Shown piece after piece: positions 38,868 to 39,719 of a stretch of 39,719 nucleotides of DNA. Position 1 is the stretch's first letter, and each line of letters starts with the position of its first letter. Origin of the DNA: an uncultured Dehalococcoidia bacterium (GTDB lineage: Bacteria; Chloroflexota; Dehalococcoidia; Lucifugimonadales; UBA2985); assembly GCA_964443385.1 (NCBI GenBank), contig CAYUCO010000031.1:1-39719 (forward strand), given 5' to 3'. Below the pieces are notes generated by a model. The model searched no databases, was not told where the DNA came from, and saw only the letters and a list, made by a program, of their open reading frames with translations. The position numbers were made by a program, and so were the translations under genes.

Positions 38868-39536
38868 TTAATAATGACATGTTGTACAATCCGTCGGAGC
38901 ACCATTGTCCCTATGACAATCCACACAGTCGCCCATCTTCAAACTTCTCACCTGTTTGACCTCTGCCATATTACCCACATCTCCGTGACAGACTGCACAC
39001 ACGTTAGCAGCCACCACAGCCTGCTCACCTGAAGGCATAGTATTGCCAGATTCAGTGAAATATCTTATGTGCGCTTCATGTACGAATCTTACATGATCCG
39101 GTAATCTGTGAATTCTCTCCCAAACCACTGGAGCCTTGTTTTCCCAAGCTTTAATCAACAAGGCAACTTCCGGCAAATCCTCATCGGAATTGATAACCTT
39201 GTGACAATATACACACTGCTCCACTGGAGGAATTCCGGCAGATTCTCCTTTGTCAACATTCCTATGACAAAACGTACAATCTAGACCCAGACCATGCATT
39301 TCGTTACCTTCTCCATCCAATTTAGGGGTTCCATCTGATAACAAGAGGACACCTGATCCTGCATGTGTCGTATGAGGGTAATCAATAGGTTGCTCAGGGG
39401 AACCACCAAAAGGTCCAACTTCAAATGGTGTAGACCACCAGGCTCTAGCGACAAACAACACCAATGCCAAGGTAACCAGACCGCCTGCGGCCAGTCCTCC
39501 CAGCACGGTAAATAATATTATTAGTTTCTTAAGCAT
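38868..39536 (-). CDS. actA: Pentaheme cytochrome c ActA/QrcA-like
   Basis: N-terminal TM, EQPIDYPHTTHAG, five CxxCH (CTFCH, CVYCH, CAVCH, CVDCH, CTTCH), LPDHVRFVHEAH. Confidence 0.9.
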   Translation of the reverse strand: MLKKLIILFTVLGGLAAGGLVTLALVLFVARAWWSTPFEVGPFGGSPEQPIDYPHTTHAGSGVLLLSDGTPKLDGEGNEMHGLGLDCTFCHRNVDKGESAGIPPVEQCVYCHKVINSDEDLPEVALLIKAWENKAPVVWERIHRLPDHVRFVHEAHIRYFTESGNTMPSGEQAVVAANVCAVCHGDVGNMAEVKQVRSLKMGDCVDCHRDNGAPTDCTTCHY

Positions 39537-39565
39537 TATATTTATTATTGATAAGCCCTATAGGT

Positions 39566-39718
39566 TTAGATCCAAGACCTATCCCAAATCACCGTCAGAG
39601 TATCTAACTTCGAAGCTATTATTATCAAGTTAAGTGCAACGAGAGACAAGAAACCTAAAGCTCCTATGTAGAACATGCGTCTTGCCTTGTTTACACTCTG
39701 AGGTATGTGACCCGTACT
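39566..39718 (-). CDS. C-terminal fragment of a membrane protein (5' part outside the window)
   Basis: Open frame ...STGHIPQSVNKARRMFYIGALGFLSLVALNLIIIASKLDTLTVIWDRSWI* with one TM helix, ending 29 nt before actA. Confidence 0.5.
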   Translation of the reverse strand, partial: STGHIPQSVNKARRMFYIGALGFLSLVALNLIIIASKLDTLTVIWDRSWI

Positions 39719-39719
39719 T

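Noticed and set aside
329-39032. Many 60-174 aa ORFs in the track that are antisense to or nested in the called genes (e.g. 329-601, 21638-22162, 31205-31639, 32842-33345)
   Set aside because: They overlap well-supported conserved genes and show no recognisable motifs; treated as shadow ORFs.

Overview
AT-rich, gene-dense bacterial core-genome segment. Gene content and protein style suggest Chloroflexota, probably Dehalococcoidia/SAR202-like (inference, not a database result). Left part: partial holA (minus strand), then on the plus strand a small membrane protein, a membrane pseudokinase/zinc-ribbon/PQQ-like beta-propeller protein, a divergent ychF, hemW, a nurA / HAS-barrel / herA trio, and purD-purE-purB-purC-DUF3105-purS. 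From 14.8 kb all genes are on the minus strand: hisZ-hisG-(Zn-dependent phospholipase C-like)-hisD-hisC-hisB, pdxA-proC-yggT, nrdR-nrdJ with tandem NrdR boxes, rplS-priA-def-tRNA nucleotidyltransferase, and an alternative complex III (Act/Qrc-like) cluster with split ActB. No mobile element, CRISPR array, tRNA or rRNA was seen. Best leads: a highly structured 170-nt element with phased repeats downstream of nrdJ, an ATT start codon for a long-form HisG that sits next to HisZ, a Zn-phosphoesterase inside the his operon that may be the missing histidinol-phosphatase, the pseudokinase receptor, and the altered Fe-S ligands and gene order of the ACIII.
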